Assembly (NCBI RefSeq): GCF_988243305.1
Contig: NZ_OZ547136.1
Strand: one strand, 5' to 3'
Length of the DNA: 64,000 bases
This document shows positions 27,573 to 39,129 of the stretch, one piece after another. The notes under the pieces are model-generated. The model was not told where the DNA came from, searched no databases, and worked only from the letters and a program-made list of their open reading frames with translations. The translations under genes were made by a program, and so were the position numbers. Positions within the stretch are counted from its first letter, which is position 1. Every line of letters begins with the position of its first letter.

Positions 27573-28046
27573 ATGGGCAGGATAAGCTCGGGAGGAATGA
27601 TGTTTAAGGCAATAACGACAGTCGCCGCTCTGGTCATCGCCACCAGTGCAATGGCGCAGGATGATTTAACCATTAGCAGCCTTGCAAAGGGCGAAACCAC
27701 CAAAGCTGCGTTTAATCAGATGGTGCAAGGGCATAAGCTACCTGCATGGGTGATGAAAGGCGGTACTTATACTCCCGCACAAACCGTAACGTTGGGAGAT
27801 GAGACGTATCAGGTGATGAGCGCGTGCAAACCGCATGACTGTGGCTCGCAACGTATCGCTGTGATGTGGTCCGAGAAATCTAATCAGATGACGGGGCTGT
27901 TCTCGACTATTGATGAGAAAACGTCGCAAGAGAAACTCACCTGGTTGAATGTGAACGATGCGCTTTCGATTGATGGTAAAACGGTGCTGTTCGCGGCGTT
28001 GACCGGCAGCCTGGAAAACCATCCGGATGGCTTTAATTTTAAATAA
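27573..28046 (+). CDS. ivy: Inhibitor of vertebrate lysozyme Ivy
   Basis: 157 aa with signal peptide; matches Ivy (YkfE) as recalled. Confidence 0.85.
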   Translation: MGRISSGGMMFKAITTVAALVIATSAMAQDDLTISSLAKGETTKAAFNQMVQGHKLPAWVMKGGTYTPAQTVTLGDETYQVMSACKPHDCGSQRIAVMWSEKSNQMTGLFSTIDEKTSQEKLTWLNVNDALSIDGKTVLFAALTGSLENHPDGFNFK

Positions 28047-28060
28047 TTAGCGGATAAAGA

Positions 28061-28082
28061 AACGGAGCCTTTCGGCTCCGTT
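28061..28082. terminator. Bidirectional hairpin terminator between convergent ivy and fadE
   Basis: 9-bp perfect stem AACGGAGCC / GGCTCCGTT with TTTC loop between the two stop codons. Confidence 0.55.
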
Positions 28083-28088
28083 ATTCAA

Positions 28089-30533
28089 TTACGCGGCTTC
28101 AACTTTCCGCACTTTCTCCGGCAACTTTACCGGCTTCGTCGCCAGCTCTTCCGGATCAAAGTCATCAACGTTAATACTGCGCAGACGGCTTTCTTCAGCT
28201 TTCACCAGAATAGCGGCTTCATCTTTATCAATCAGCCCCTTCGCCAGCGCGTTATGCGCCAGTTCATCCAGACGGGTAAACGGCAGGTTTTTACCCAGCT
28301 CTTTACAGATCCGCTGATGAATTGGGTCGGCGGCAATCACATCCACCAGCGCCTCTTCCAGTAAGCCAACCGGGTTATGCTCGCTCGGCGTCAGGTACTG
28401 ACCGCGACCAATACGTGAACGGGTGGCGTTCGGCACTTGTAAAATCTTCGCCACCTTATGATCCAGCTTGTCAGAAGGTGCCAGATAATGACGTCCGGTC
28501 GGGAAGATCACCACATTCAGCAGCCCGGCAACCACGCGGTTCGGGAAGTTTTGCAGTAAATCATCCATCGCCTGTTCAGCCTGATACAGCGCATCCTGTA
28601 CGCCCCAGTGCACCAGCGGCAGGTCGGCTTCATTACGGCCTTCGTCGTCATAACGCTTCAGAACGGCAGAGGCGAGGTAAAGCTGGCTTAAAATATCCCC
28701 CAGACGTGCCGAGATACGCTCACGACGTTTCAGGCTGCCGCCCAGCACAGCCATCGAGACATCAGAAAGCAGGGCGAGGTTGGCGCTCAGGCGGTTCAGG
28801 TGCTGATAGTAGCGTTTAGTGGCATCGCCGGTTGGCGTGCTGCTGGTTAAACCGCGCGTCAGGCCCAGCCAGAAGCTGCGAACTTTGTTGCTACCGACGT
28901 GACCGATATGTTTAAACAGGAGTTTATCGAACGCGTTGACGTCATTGTTCTTCGCCGCTTCCATCTCTTCCAGCACGTACGGATGGCAACGAATCGCTCC
29001 TTGTCCGAAGATCATCATGCTGCGGGTCAGAATGTTAGCCCCTTCAACGGTGATGGCAATCGGCGCGCCCTGGTAAGCACGCGCCAGGAAGTTGCTCTGC
29101 CCGAGCATAATGCCTTTGCCACCAGTGATATCCATCGCATCAATAATCGACTGCTGCCCGCGGTGGGTACAGTGATACTTAACGATAGCCGACAGCACGG
29201 CAGGTTTTTCACCGAGCATAATGCCGTAGGTAATCAGCGATGCCGCAGCATCCATTACATAAGCGTTTCCGGCAATACGCGCCAGCGGCTCTTCAATCCC
29301 TTCCATCTTACCAATAGAGATTTTGAACTGACGGCGGATGTGCGCATACGCACCCGTTGCCAGCGCTACCGATTTCACGCCGCCGGTTGAGTTGGAAGGC
29401 AGGGTGATACCGCGGCCTACCGAGAGGCACTCCACCAGCATCCGCCAGCCTTGCCCGGCCATTTTTGGTCCGCCGATAATGTAATCGATCGGTACGAAGA
29501 CATCTTTACCGCGCGTCGGTCCGTTCTGGAACGGCACGTTCAGCGGGAAGTGGCGACGACCAATTTCCACGCCCGGCGTGGTAGTCGGGATCAGCGCACA
29601 GGTAATACCTAAATCTTCTGCACCGCCGAGTAATTTCTCCGGGTCGGAGAGTTTAAACGCCAGCCCAAGCACGGTCGCAATCGGTGCGAGCGTAATGTAA
29701 CGTTTGTTCCAGGTCAGACGCATCCCCAGCACCTGCTGGCCCTGCCATTCCCCCATGCAGACAATCCCGGTGTCCGGAATCGCGCCCGCATCGGAACCCG
29801 CTTCCGGGCTGGTCAGTGCAAAGCAAGGGATTTCCTGACCACGCGCCAGACGCGGCAGATAGTGATCTTTCTGCTCGTCAGTGCCGTAATGTTGCAGTAG
29901 CTCACCCGGGCCTAATGAGTTTGGCACGCCGACGGTAATCGCCAGGATCCCGCTCACGCCGGAGAGTTTTTGCAGCACGCGAGACTGGGCATAAGCCGAG
30001 AACTCCAGCCCGCCGTACTCTTTTTTGATGATCATCGCGAAGAAACGATGCTCTTTAAGGTACGCCCACAACTCCGGCGGCAAATCAGCCAGCTCATGAG
30101 TAATCTGGAAATCATTCGCCATCCGGCAGGCTTCTTCTACCGGGCCGTCGAGAAACGCTTGCTCTTCTGCGGTCAGGCGCGGCTGCGGATAGTTATGCAG
30201 CTTTTTCCAGTCCGGCTTGCCCTGGAACAAGTCGCCCTCCCACCATGTGGTGCCTGCGTCGATCGCTTCTTTCTCAGTGCGCGACATCGGCGGCATCACC
30301 TTACGGAAGCCGCGAAATACCGGCGCGGAAATCATCGACTTACGCATAGGCGCAAAGTTAAATGGCACGAGGATAATGGCCAGAGGCACCAGTACCCACG
30401 CCGACCACAGACCAGCAACGCCGAGGGCGGCTGTCCAGGCGAGCAAAATCAGACTGCTGATAAATAAGCTCACGCGGTGATAGAACAACGCGCCGAGCAG
30501 GACAACCGTAGCGAGAATACTCAAAATCATCAT
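28089..30533 (-). CDS. fadE: Acyl-CoA dehydrogenase FadE
   Basis: ORF track 28089..30611 (840 aa); start at internal ATG 30533 ([11 protein letters not shown]...) gives the 814 aa expected for FadE. Confidence 0.9.
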   Translation of the reverse strand: MMILSILATVVLLGALFYHRVSLFISSLILLAWTAALGVAGLWSAWVLVPLAIILVPFNFAPMRKSMISAPVFRGFRKVMPPMSRTEKEAIDAGTTWWEGDLFQGKPDWKKLHNYPQPRLTAEEQAFLDGPVEEACRMANDFQITHELADLPPELWAYLKEHRFFAMIIKKEYGGLEFSAYAQSRVLQKLSGVSGILAITVGVPNSLGPGELLQHYGTDEQKDHYLPRLARGQEIPCFALTSPEAGSDAGAIPDTGIVCMGEWQGQQVLGMRLTWNKRYITLAPIATVLGLAFKLSDPEKLLGGAEDLGITCALIPTTTPGVEIGRRHFPLNVPFQNGPTRGKDVFVPIDYIIGGPKMAGQGWRMLVECLSVGRGITLPSNSTGGVKSVALATGAYAHIRRQFKISIGKMEGIEEPLARIAGNAYVMDAAASLITYGIMLGEKPAVLSAIVKYHCTHRGQQSIIDAMDITGGKGIMLGQSNFLARAYQGAPIAITVEGANILTRSMMIFGQGAIRCHPYVLEEMEAAKNNDVNAFDKLLFKHIGHVGSNKVRSFWLGLTRGLTSSTPTGDATKRYYQHLNRLSANLALLSDVSMAVLGGSLKRRERISARLGDILSQLYLASAVLKRYDDEGRNEADLPLVHWGVQDALYQAEQAMDDLLQNFPNRVVAGLLNVVIFPTGRHYLAPSDKLDHKVAKILQVPNATRSRIGRGQYLTPSEHNPVGLLEEALVDVIAADPIHQRICKELGKNLPFTRLDELAHNALAKGLIDKDEAAILVKAEESRLRSINVDDFDPEELATKPVKLPEKVRKVEAA

Positions 30534-30772
30534 AACGAAAAGCCCCTTACTTGTAGGAGGTCTGACCACTTGTGATGATATGGTTGTAGTGGATGTAAAA
30601 ACATTTAGCAATGTGTTTACAATATAATTACAACAAAGCTCACATTGTTGCTGTTTTTATCCGCACTTCAGGTCAAAAAGTCCTGGTCATAGCACCTGCC
30701 CGTACTTCTCGCTTTTGGCGGTATCCGGTACACTGCATTTTGTCTATTACATTTATGCTGAAGGATATCCTC

Positions 30773-31351
30773 ATGTACCAGGATCTTATTCGTAACGAAC
30801 TGAACGAAGCGGCGGAAACGCTGGCTAACTTTTTAAAAGATGACGCCAATATTCACGCCATTCAGCGCGCGGCGGTCCTGTTAGCAGACAGCTTTAAAGC
30901 CGGTGGCAAAGTGCTTTCCTGCGGCAACGGCGGCTCCCATTGCGACGCTATGCACTTTGCCGAAGAGTTGACCGGTCGCTACCGTGAAAACCGTCCGGGC
31001 TACCCGGCGATTGCCATTTCTGACGTTAGTCATATTTCCTGCGTCGGTAACGATTTTGGTTTCAATGATATTTTCTCCCGTTACGTTGAAGCGGTAGGTC
31101 GCGAAGGCGATGTACTGCTGGGGATCTCCACCTCCGGTAACTCTGCAAACGTGATCAAAGCGATCGCGGCGGCGCGTGAGAAGGGGATGAAAGTGATCAC
31201 CCTGACCGGTAAAGACGGCGGTAAAATGGCTGGCACAGCGGATATCGAAATTCGCGTACCGCACTTTGGTTATGCCGACCGCATTCAGGAGATCCACATT
31301 AAAGTTATCCATATCCTGATCCAGTTAATTGAAAAAGAGATGGTTAAGTAA
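30773..31351 (+). CDS. gmhA: Sedoheptulose-7-phosphate isomerase GmhA (LpcA)
   Basis: ATG at 30773 ([17 protein letters not shown]...) with AAGGA ribosome-binding site; 192 aa; SIS domain. Confidence 0.9.
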
Positions 31352-31455
31352 GTCTGGCGTAGGCCGAATAATGCGTTTACGCCGCATCCGACCTGAAAAT
31401 ACTTAAATCAATCTTCGCCGGGGGCCATGCGCTCCCGCTGTTGTGGAGGTTACCC

Positions 31456-32223
31456 ATGTGCGAATTGCTCGGGATGAGCGCCAACGTCCCTACCGATATC
31501 TGCTTTAGTTTCACCGGTCTGGTGCAGCGTGGTGGTGGAACCGGGCCACATAAAGATGGCTGGGGCATTACCTTTTACGAAGGTAAAGGCTGTCGCACAT
31601 TTAAAGATCCGCAACCCAGCTTTAATTCCCCCATCGCCAAACTTGTCCAGGACTACCCGATAAAATCCTGTTCGGTGGTGGCTCATATTCGCCAGGCGAA
31701 TCGGGGCGAGGTGGCGCTGGAAAATACTCACCCGTTTACCCGCGAGTTATGGGGGCGTAACTGGACTTATGCCCATAACGGACAACTGACGGGGTACAAA
31801 TCACTGGAAACCGGCAACTTCCGCCCGGTCGGTGAAACCGACAGCGAAAAAGCCTTCTGCTGGCTCCTGCATAAATTAACGCAGCGTTACCCGCGCACAC
31901 CGGGCAACATGGCGGCAGTGTTTAAATATATCGCCTCACTGGCGGATGAACTGCGGCAGAAGGGCGTTTTCAACATGCTGCTTTCTGACGGGCGCTATGT
32001 AATGGCGTATTGCTCGACTAATTTACACTGGATCACCCGCCGCGCGCCGTTTGGCGTGGCAACGTTGCTGGATCAGGATGTGGAAATCGACTTCAGCTCG
32101 CAGACCACACCGAATGATGTGGTCACGGTGATTGCGACACAGCCCCTGACGGGCAATGAAACCTGGCAAAAGATTATACCAGGCGAATGGCGCTTATTTT
32201 GCCTCGGGGAGCGTGTAGTTTGA
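31456..32223 (+). CDS. yafJ: Class II glutamine amidotransferase YafJ
   Basis: [15 protein letters not shown]... with Cys2 nucleophile; GGAGG ribosome-binding site upstream; 255 aa. Confidence 0.85.
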   Translation: MCELLGMSANVPTDICFSFTGLVQRGGGTGPHKDGWGITFYEGKGCRTFKDPQPSFNSPIAKLVQDYPIKSCSVVAHIRQANRGEVALENTHPFTRELWGRNWTYAHNGQLTGYKSLETGNFRPVGETDSEKAFCWLLHKLTQRYPRTPGNMAAVFKYIASLADELRQKGVFNMLLSDGRYVMAYCSTNLHWITRRAPFGVATLLDQDVEIDFSSQTTPNDVVTVIATQPLTGNETWQKIIPGEWRLFCLGERVV

Positions 32224-32934
32224 TGCCAGCTGTGGTTGCACAACTTCGTGGCTTAACGGCTTGCTGACCACGTAACGGCCATTGACCACAGAAACGGTCG
32301 GTGGCTTACGGGTTTGCTCAAAGTAGTCGTAGCCCGGTTTCAGTTGCTCCCAGAAGTCCTTAAAGTTGGAATACTTATGGCGCTTCATATTGGCGTCGGT
32401 CATGCGGAACGGGTAAATACTCACTTGCACGCTCGGCTGACCAAACACCAGCGCACCAGTAACGAACTGGAAGATCTCATCAATACCCTGATTGGTCATC
32501 GCGTAGCAGCCGATGGAAACACAATCGCCGTGGATCATCAGGTATTTCCCTTCATAACCATGCGCACGGTCATAGGCATTGGGGAATCCAATATTAATCG
32601 CTTTGTAGTAACGGCTGTCTGGTTTTAACTGATTACGCTGGACGCTATAAAACCCTTCCGGGCTTTTGAAATCGCCCTGACGCTGTTTTGGCCCTAAACC
32701 GCCGGAATATTTACAGATTTTATAACTGTCGAGCAGCTGATATTGCTCGCCCATTTTGACGTAGAGATCGAGCGTACGTTCTTCCTTGAAGATCTGGATG
32801 TAGACAGGGGATCCCATCAACTGCTGCTTATACTCTTTGCTCACTGGCGTGGTTGAGCTACTGCTGCCCAGCAAACCGGCAAACGAAACGCACGGGATCA
32901 ACAACATCGCAAGAATTAATGCGATTTTACGCAT
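32194..32934 (-). CDS. yafK: L,D-transpeptidase family protein YafK
   Basis: 246 aa; signal peptide; catalytic [12 protein letters not shown] motif of the YkuD family. Confidence 0.85.
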   Translation of the reverse strand: MRKIALILAMLLIPCVSFAGLLGSSSSTTPVSKEYKQQLMGSPVYIQIFKEERTLDLYVKMGEQYQLLDSYKICKYSGGLGPKQRQGDFKSPEGFYSVQRNQLKPDSRYYKAINIGFPNAYDRAHGYEGKYLMIHGDCVSIGCYAMTNQGIDEIFQFVTGALVFGQPSVQVSIYPFRMTDANMKRHKYSNFKDFWEQLKPGYDYFEQTRKPPTVSVVNGRYVVSKPLSHEVVQPQLASNYTLPEAK

Positions 32935-33225
32935 ACTGCTTATTCCTTGATAAAACGGTTACACACGCCAGGACGGCAAAATGGATCCCAAATCGGAATA
33001 GTCTGGATTTGGAAGGCTCACATTATCACCAAAAGAGTTTTACGCAAGCCTGTCGGCGCAGGGTTTACAAATTTAGCACAGGGGCAGTTTTCAATAGTCC
33101 GAAAAGCGCATGTATCATTTATTTCCTAAGATTATGAAACCTCAATAGTAATATGCAAATAAGCAATTAATAATTCCGTTTACTCCTCCGGTCTTTTAAA
33201 ATTCTCACCTTCATTCAGCCGGTTT

Positions 33226-33984
33226 ATGTCCTTCATGTCTTCGTTCTTGCTCGGCAGATTTCTGCATCCAGGCGTGTTTTCGTTATGCGTTTTGCTCCCT
33301 TTACTCGCCAGCGCCACCACATCACATATCTCATTCAGCTACGCCGCCCGCCAGCGGATGCAAAACCGTGCGCGTTTATTAAAACAGTACCAAACCCATC
33401 TGAAAAAACAGGCCAGCTATATTGTGGAAGGCAATGCCGAAAGCAGAAAGGCGCTGCGCCAGCACAACCGCGAACAGATAAAACAGCATCCAGAATGGTT
33501 TCCTGCGCCGCTCAAGGCGAGTGACAGACGCTGGCAGGCGCTGGCGGAAAACAACCACTTTTTAAGCAGCGACCATCTGCATAACATCACCGAAGTGGCG
33601 ATCCACCGCCTGGAGCAGCAGCTTGGCAAGCCTTACATCTGGGGCGGCACGCGGCCTGATAAAGGCTTTGACTGTAGCGGGTTGGTTTTTTATGCCTACA
33701 ACAAGATCCTCGAGGCGAAACTCCCACGCACGGCTAATGAGATGTATCACTATCGCCGGGCAACCATTGTGGCGAATAACGACCTGCGCCGGGGAGATTT
33801 GCTGTTTTTTCATATCCACAGCCGCGAGATTGCCGACCATATGGGCGTGTATCTGGGCGATGGACAGTTTATTGAGTCGCCGCGCACCGGGGAAACCATA
33901 CGGGTAAGTCGGTTAGCTGAACCTTTCTGGCAGGATCATTTTTTAGGCGCGCGCAGGATTTTGACGGAAGAGACGATTTTGTAG
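33226..33984 (+). CDS. yafL: NlpC/P60-family lipoprotein YafL
   Basis: 252 aa; NlpC/P60 motif GFDCSGLVFYAY plus downstream His; matches YafL as recalled. Confidence 0.8.
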   Translation: MSFMSSFLLGRFLHPGVFSLCVLLPLLASATTSHISFSYAARQRMQNRARLLKQYQTHLKKQASYIVEGNAESRKALRQHNREQIKQHPEWFPAPLKASDRRWQALAENNHFLSSDHLHNITEVAIHRLEQQLGKPYIWGGTRPDKGFDCSGLVFYAYNKILEAKLPRTANEMYHYRRATIVANNDLRRGDLLFFHIHSREIADHMGVYLGDGQFIESPRTGETIRVSRLAEPFWQDHFLGARRILTEETIL

Positions 33985-34081
33985 GACGGCAATACTGCGA
34001 AAAAGTTAAAGTCGTACACGTTTTTCTCCCTCTCCCCAAAGGGGCGAGGGGACAGTCCGAGACCTTATATAGTCTCCCCCA

Positions 34082-35821
34082 TCAACTCAACGCCCCCATA
34101 ATCTTCAACTCCAGCTCGTCCGGCACTTCGTTATACGACAGCACATGCAGCCCCGGCGCAAACAACCTTGCATAACGCGCCAGCAAAGGACGCAACTGCG
34201 GCGGCACCAGCAGCACCGGGTCTTTCCCCGCCGCTTTCATCTGCTCTTTTACCTGCGGCATCGTACTCTGGAACTGGTTGAGCATATTCGGATCGACCGG
34301 CACGCTGTCGAGCATCACTTTCCCGCCCTGTTGCGCCTGATTCACCACGTTGGTCAGCAGATTTTCCAGTTCATTATTCAGCGTATACACCGCCAGCTCC
34401 TGCTTGCGAACGAACGGATGGGTAATGCTGCGCCGCAATGCCAGGCGCACATCGGCCGCCAGCAGGATATGATCTTTGGTCACTGTGCTACTGGCGACCA
34501 GCACGGTGGCGATGGTGACGATATCGCGCAGGGAAACGCCTTCGGTCAGCAGCGCCCGGTACACTTTCAACAACTGGCTGTAATTGAGTGCCGCGCTCAA
34601 ATCTTCCGCCAGCCGTGGTGCCATCGATGACAGGCGATTGTGTAACTGCGTGATGTCGTCATAGTTAAACAAATCAGGAATATAGCTGCGCACAATCTTG
34701 TTCACATGGGTGGCAATCACGCTGGCGCTGTCGATCACCTGATACCCCATATTCAGCGCCTTCGCCTTCTGCGCGGGCTGGATCCAGGTGACCGGCATCC
34801 CGTACGCCGGGTCGTTCCCCAGCACGCCGTCTATCTCGCCGTAGGTTTCGCTGGAGGGCAGCGCCATCAGTTTATCCGCCGGAATATCCGCTTCATCGGC
34901 CTTAATGCCGTTGATGAATATGGCGTACTGGCTGGGCTTGAGGCGGAAGTTTTCCCGAATGCGGATCTCCGGCAGCAGCACGCCGTTGCCGTCAGAAATC
35001 ACCTGCCGCACGCCGCGAATTCGCTGGGTGAGCGGGTTGCCCTGTGCTTTGTCCACCAACGCCACCAGCTTGTAGCCGAGACTTAAACTGATAGGCTCGA
35101 TCAGCGGAATGGTTTCCCAACTGACCTGTTGCTCGCTGGTTTCGGTGATAGTCCGGGTCAGCGTTTCGAGGCTTTTCTCTTCTGCCTCCGCCGCCTGCGG
35201 GCGTTTGCTCATCCGCCAGCCGGTAAAACCCAACAGGGCGCTGAACAGCAAAAACGGCAGATGCGGCATCCCCGGCACCACCGCCAGCACAAACATGATC
35301 CCGGTGGCGGTGTAGAGCACCGACGGGCTTGCCAGCAGCTGGTGGCGCACGTCATGGGCGATATCGCCGTTGTCGCTGACGCGGGTGACGATAATTGCCG
35401 CCGCGGTGGAGAGCAGCAGGGACGGGATCTGCGCCACCAGGCCGTCGCCGATGGTCATCAGCACATATTGCTGGAAGGCGGCATCGGCGCTCAGGTTGTA
35501 TTTGAAGATCCCGATACAGACGCCGCCGATCAGGTTGATCGCCAGAATCATCATCCCGGCGATGGCGTCCCCGCGCACAAACTTCGATGCCCCGTCCATT
35601 GCGCCGTAGAAATCAGCCTCGCTGGCAACATCTTTACGCCGGGTTTGCGCCTGCGCCTGGTTGATCAACCCGGCGTTAAGATCGGCGTCAATCGCCATCT
35701 GTTTGCCGGGCATCGCGTCCAGGGTAAAGCGGGCAGAAACCTCGGAAATACGCTCGGCCCCTTTGGTGACGACAATAAAGTTGATTGTCAACAGCGTCAG
35801 TAAATCCGAGCGTGAAAGCAT
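34082..35821 (-). pseudogene. lfhA: lfhA: 5'-truncated Flag-2 flhA homologue (promoterless fragment)
   Basis: 579-aa ORF homologous to FlhA from about residue 110 onward (...FIVVTKGAERISEVSARFTLDAMPGKQMAIDADLNAG...); lacks the FlhA N-terminal transmembrane region. Confidence 0.75.
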
Positions 35822-35825
35822 TATC

Positions 35826-36551
35826 GCCGCGCTGCACGGGCAGTCGATTTTTAACGGTGGCGGGCTGTCGCCGTTAAATAAAATCAGCCCGTCTCATCCG
35901 CCAAAACCTGCCACCGTGGCGGTGCCGGAAGAGACGGAGAAAAAAGCGCGTGACGTCAACGAGAAAACGGCGCTGCTGAAGAAGAAATCCGCTACTGAGC
36001 TTGGCGAGCTGGCGACCAGTATCAACACCATCGCCCGTGATGCACATATGGAAGCGAATCTGGAGATGGAGATTGTTCCCCAGGGACTGCGCGTGCTGAT
36101 TAAAGATGACCAGAACCGCAATATGTTTGAACGCGGCAGCGCGCAGATTATGCCGTTCTTTAAAACTTTGCTGGTGGAGTTAGCACTGGTTTTTGATTCG
36201 CTCGACAATAAGATCATCATCACCGGGCATACCGATGCGATGGCCTACAAAAACAATATTTACAACAACTGGAACCTTTCGGGCGATCGCGCGCTTTCGG
36301 CCCGTCGGGTGCTGGAAGAGGCCGGAATGCCGGAAGATAAAGTGATGCAGGTAAGCGCAATGGCGGACCAGATGCTGCTGGATGCCAAAAATCCGCAAAG
36401 CGCGGGCAACCGGCGCATTGAGATTATGGTGCTGACCAAAAGTGCGTCCGATACGCTGTATCAATACTTTGGTCAGCATGGGGATAAAGTGGTGCAGCCG
36501 CTGGTGCAAAAGCTGGATAAGCAGCAGGTGCTTTCGCAGCGAACGCGTTAA
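35826..36551 (+). pseudogene. lafU: lafU: 5'-truncated Flag-2 MotB-like gene (C-terminal OmpA-like domain only)
   Basis: C-terminal MotB/OmpA-like region (...NWNLSGDRALSARRVLEEAGMPEDKV...GNRRIEIMVL); N-terminal membrane anchor absent; 5' boundary approximate (ORF track 35661..36551 overlaps lfhA). Confidence 0.6.
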
Positions 36552-36621
36552 ATGCTGAATCTTTACGCATTTCTCAAACTCTGAAATCACTGTATACTTT
36601 ACCAGTGTTGAGAGGTGAGCA

Positions 36622-37677
36622 ATGCGTAAAATCATTCATGTGGATATGGACTGCTTTTTCGCCGCAGTGGAGATGCGCGACAATCCCGCCCTGCGCGATA
36701 TCCCTATTGCTATTGGCGGCAGCCGCGAACGTCGGGGGGTGATCAGCACCGCCAATTATCCCGCGCGTAAATTTGGCGTACGTAGCGCTATGCCTACTGG
36801 GATGGCGCTCAAATTATGCCCACATCTCACCTTGCTTCCGGGGCGCTTTGACGCTTACAAAGAAGCCTCAAATCATATCCGTGAAATCTTCTCGCGCTAC
36901 ACCTCGCGCATTGAACCGTTGTCACTGGATGAGGCCTATCTCGATGTCACTGATAGCGTCCATTGCCACGGTTCTGCGACCCTCATCGCCCAGGAAATCC
37001 GCCAGACAATCTTCAACGAGCTGCAACTGACGGCGTCTGCGGGCGTGGCACCAGTAAAGTTTCTCGCTAAAATCGCCTCCGACATGAATAAACCCAACGG
37101 CCAGTTTGTGATTACGCCGGCAGAAGTTCCGGCATTTCTGCAAACCTTACCGCTGGCAAAAATTCCCGGCGTCGGCAAAGTCTCGGCGGCAAAACTGGAA
37201 GCGATGGGGCTGCGGACCTGCGGTGATGTGCAAAAGTGTGATCTGGTGACTCTGCTCAAACGTTTTGGCAAATTTGGCCGCATTTTGTGGGAGCGTAGTC
37301 AGGGGATTGACGAGCGCGACGTTAACAGCGAACGGTTACGAAAATCCGTCGGCGTGGAACGCACGATGGCGGAAGATATTCATCACTGGTCTGAATGTGA
37401 AGCGATTATCGAGCGGCTGTATCCGGAACTTGAACGCCGTCTGGCAAAGGTGAAACCTGATTTACTGATTGCTCGCCAGGGGGTGAAATTAAAGTTCGAC
37501 GATTTTCAGCAAACCACTCAGGAGCACGTCTGGCCGCGGCTGAATAAAGCTGACTTAATTGCCACCGCGCGTAAAACCTGGGATGAACGTCGCGGCGGGC
37601 GCGGTGTGCGGCTGGTGGGGCTGCATGTGACGTTGCTTGACCCGCAAATGGAAAGACAACTGGTGCTGGGATTATGA
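36622..37677 (+). CDS. dinB: DNA polymerase IV DinB
   Basis: 351 aa; [26 protein letters not shown]... Y-family polymerase. Confidence 0.9.
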   Translation: MRKIIHVDMDCFFAAVEMRDNPALRDIPIAIGGSRERRGVISTANYPARKFGVRSAMPTGMALKLCPHLTLLPGRFDAYKEASNHIREIFSRYTSRIEPLSLDEAYLDVTDSVHCHGSATLIAQEIRQTIFNELQLTASAGVAPVKFLAKIASDMNKPNGQFVITPAEVPAFLQTLPLAKIPGVGKVSAAKLEAMGLRTCGDVQKCDLVTLLKRFGKFGRILWERSQGIDERDVNSERLRKSVGVERTMAEDIHHWSECEAIIERLYPELERRLAKVKPDLLIARQGVKLKFDDFQQTTQEHVWPRLNKADLIATARKTWDERRGGRGVRLVGLHVTLLDPQMERQLVLGL

Positions 37678-37728
37678 TGTATACTATTATGTCTATTCTG
37701 GTGTGCATTATTATGAGGGGATCACTGT

Positions 37729-38022
37729 ATGCATCGAATTCTCGCTGAAAAATCGGTCAATATCACTGAGTTACGTAAAAACCCAGCTAAATACTTTATT
37801 GATCAACCGGTTGCGGTTCTTTCTAATAATCGCCCCGCAGGATATCTCTTAAGTGCCAGCGCATTCGAAGCGTTAATGGACATGCTTGCAGAACAAGAGG
37901 AGAAAAAACTGGTGAAGGCGCGCTTCCGTCCGAGTGCCGCAAGATTAGAGGAAATTACACGCCGCGCTGAACAATATCTTAATGATATGACGGATGATGA
38001 TTTCAATGACTTTAAGGAATAA
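37729..38022 (+). CDS. yafN: Antitoxin YafN
   Basis: 97 aa; matches YafN as recalled; immediately upstream of yafO. Confidence 0.85.
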   Translation: MHRILAEKSVNITELRKNPAKYFIDQPVAVLSNNRPAGYLLSASAFEALMDMLAEQEEKKLVKARFRPSAARLEEITRRAEQYLNDMTDDDFNDFKE

Positions 38023-38024
38023 GG

Positions 38025-38423
38025 ATGCGGGTATTCAAAACAAAACTTATTCGCCTGCAACTTACAGCAGAGGAACTTGATGCGTTAACGGCGGATTTTA
38101 TTTCCTATAAGCGTGACGGTATTTTGCCAGATATATTTGGTCGCGATGCACTCTACGACGACTCGTTTACCTGGCCATTAATCAAATTTGAGCGAGTTGC
38201 TCATATTCATCTGGCAAATGTGAATAATCCATTTCCGCCACAGTTGCGCCAATTCAGCAGAACGAATGACGAAGCGCATTTGGTATATTGTCAGGGGGCG
38301 TTTGATGAGCAAGCATGGTTGCTCATTGCCATTCTGAAGCCTGAACCTCATAAACTGGCTCGAGATAACAACCAAATGCATAAAATTGGAAAAATGGCAG
38401 AAGCGTTTCGCATGCGTTTTTGA
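38025..38423 (+). CDS. yafO: Toxin YafO
   Basis: 132 aa; matches YafO as recalled; starts 3 nt after the yafN stop. Confidence 0.85.
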   Translation: MRVFKTKLIRLQLTAEELDALTADFISYKRDGILPDIFGRDALYDDSFTWPLIKFERVAHIHLANVNNPFPPQLRQFSRTNDEAHLVYCQGAFDEQAWLLIAILKPEPHKLARDNNQMHKIGKMAEAFRMRF

Positions 38424-38432
38424 ATTTATATT

Positions 38433-38846
38433 ATGAATAACATACAAATAAGAGATTATCAGCCTGGCGATTTTCAGCAACTATGCGCTATTTTCATTAG
38501 AGCGGTTACGATGACCGCCAGTCAGCATTATTCACCACAACAAATTGCCGCCTGGGCGCAGATTGACGAATCTCGCTGGAAGGAGAAACTCGCGAAATCA
38601 CAAGTGCGGGTTGCAGTCATTAATGCAAAACTGGTCGGCTTTATTACCTGCGTTGAACACTATATCGATATGTTATTTGTTGACCCTGAATACACCCGCC
38701 GTGGGGTTGCCAGCGCTTTGTTAAAACCTTTGATTAAGTCTGAATCCGAACTTACAGTGGACGCCAGCATAACCGCAAAACCCTTTTTTGAACGTTATGG
38801 TTTTCAGACAGTTAAGCAGCAGCGCGTTGAATGCAGGGGAGCGTGA
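38433..38846 (+). CDS. yafP: GNAT-family acetyltransferase YafP, apparently truncated by 13 codons
   Basis: 137-aa ORF ends at TGA (38844-38846); the next 12 in-frame sense codons (FTNFYMRYKPQH) then TAA would restore a 150-aa protein. Confidence 0.8.
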   Translation: MNNIQIRDYQPGDFQQLCAIFIRAVTMTASQHYSPQQIAAWAQIDESRWKEKLAKSQVRVAVINAKLVGFITCVEHYIDMLFVDPEYTRRGVASALLKPLIKSESELTVDASITAKPFFERYGFQTVKQQRVECRGA

Positions 38847-39129
38847 TTTACTAATTTTTATATGCGATATAAACCGCAACATTAAATTCAGCTTGCAATG
38901 AAAATAACACCCGCCTGGTATGTGCGCGTTTTCTTATTCCACAAACTGCAAGGAGGTAAATCATGACAAATCCTTTATCAATGACTCTTTGCAGACCTTT
39001 CCAGGATTAATTCTTTTTTCTTGCCCTGGATTCGTCTGCCATTTCCTGATTTTTATATTTATATACTCTAAATAATTCGAGTCGCAGTACATGCAACTTG
39101 AAGTATGACGAGTATAAATGGAATGATAC

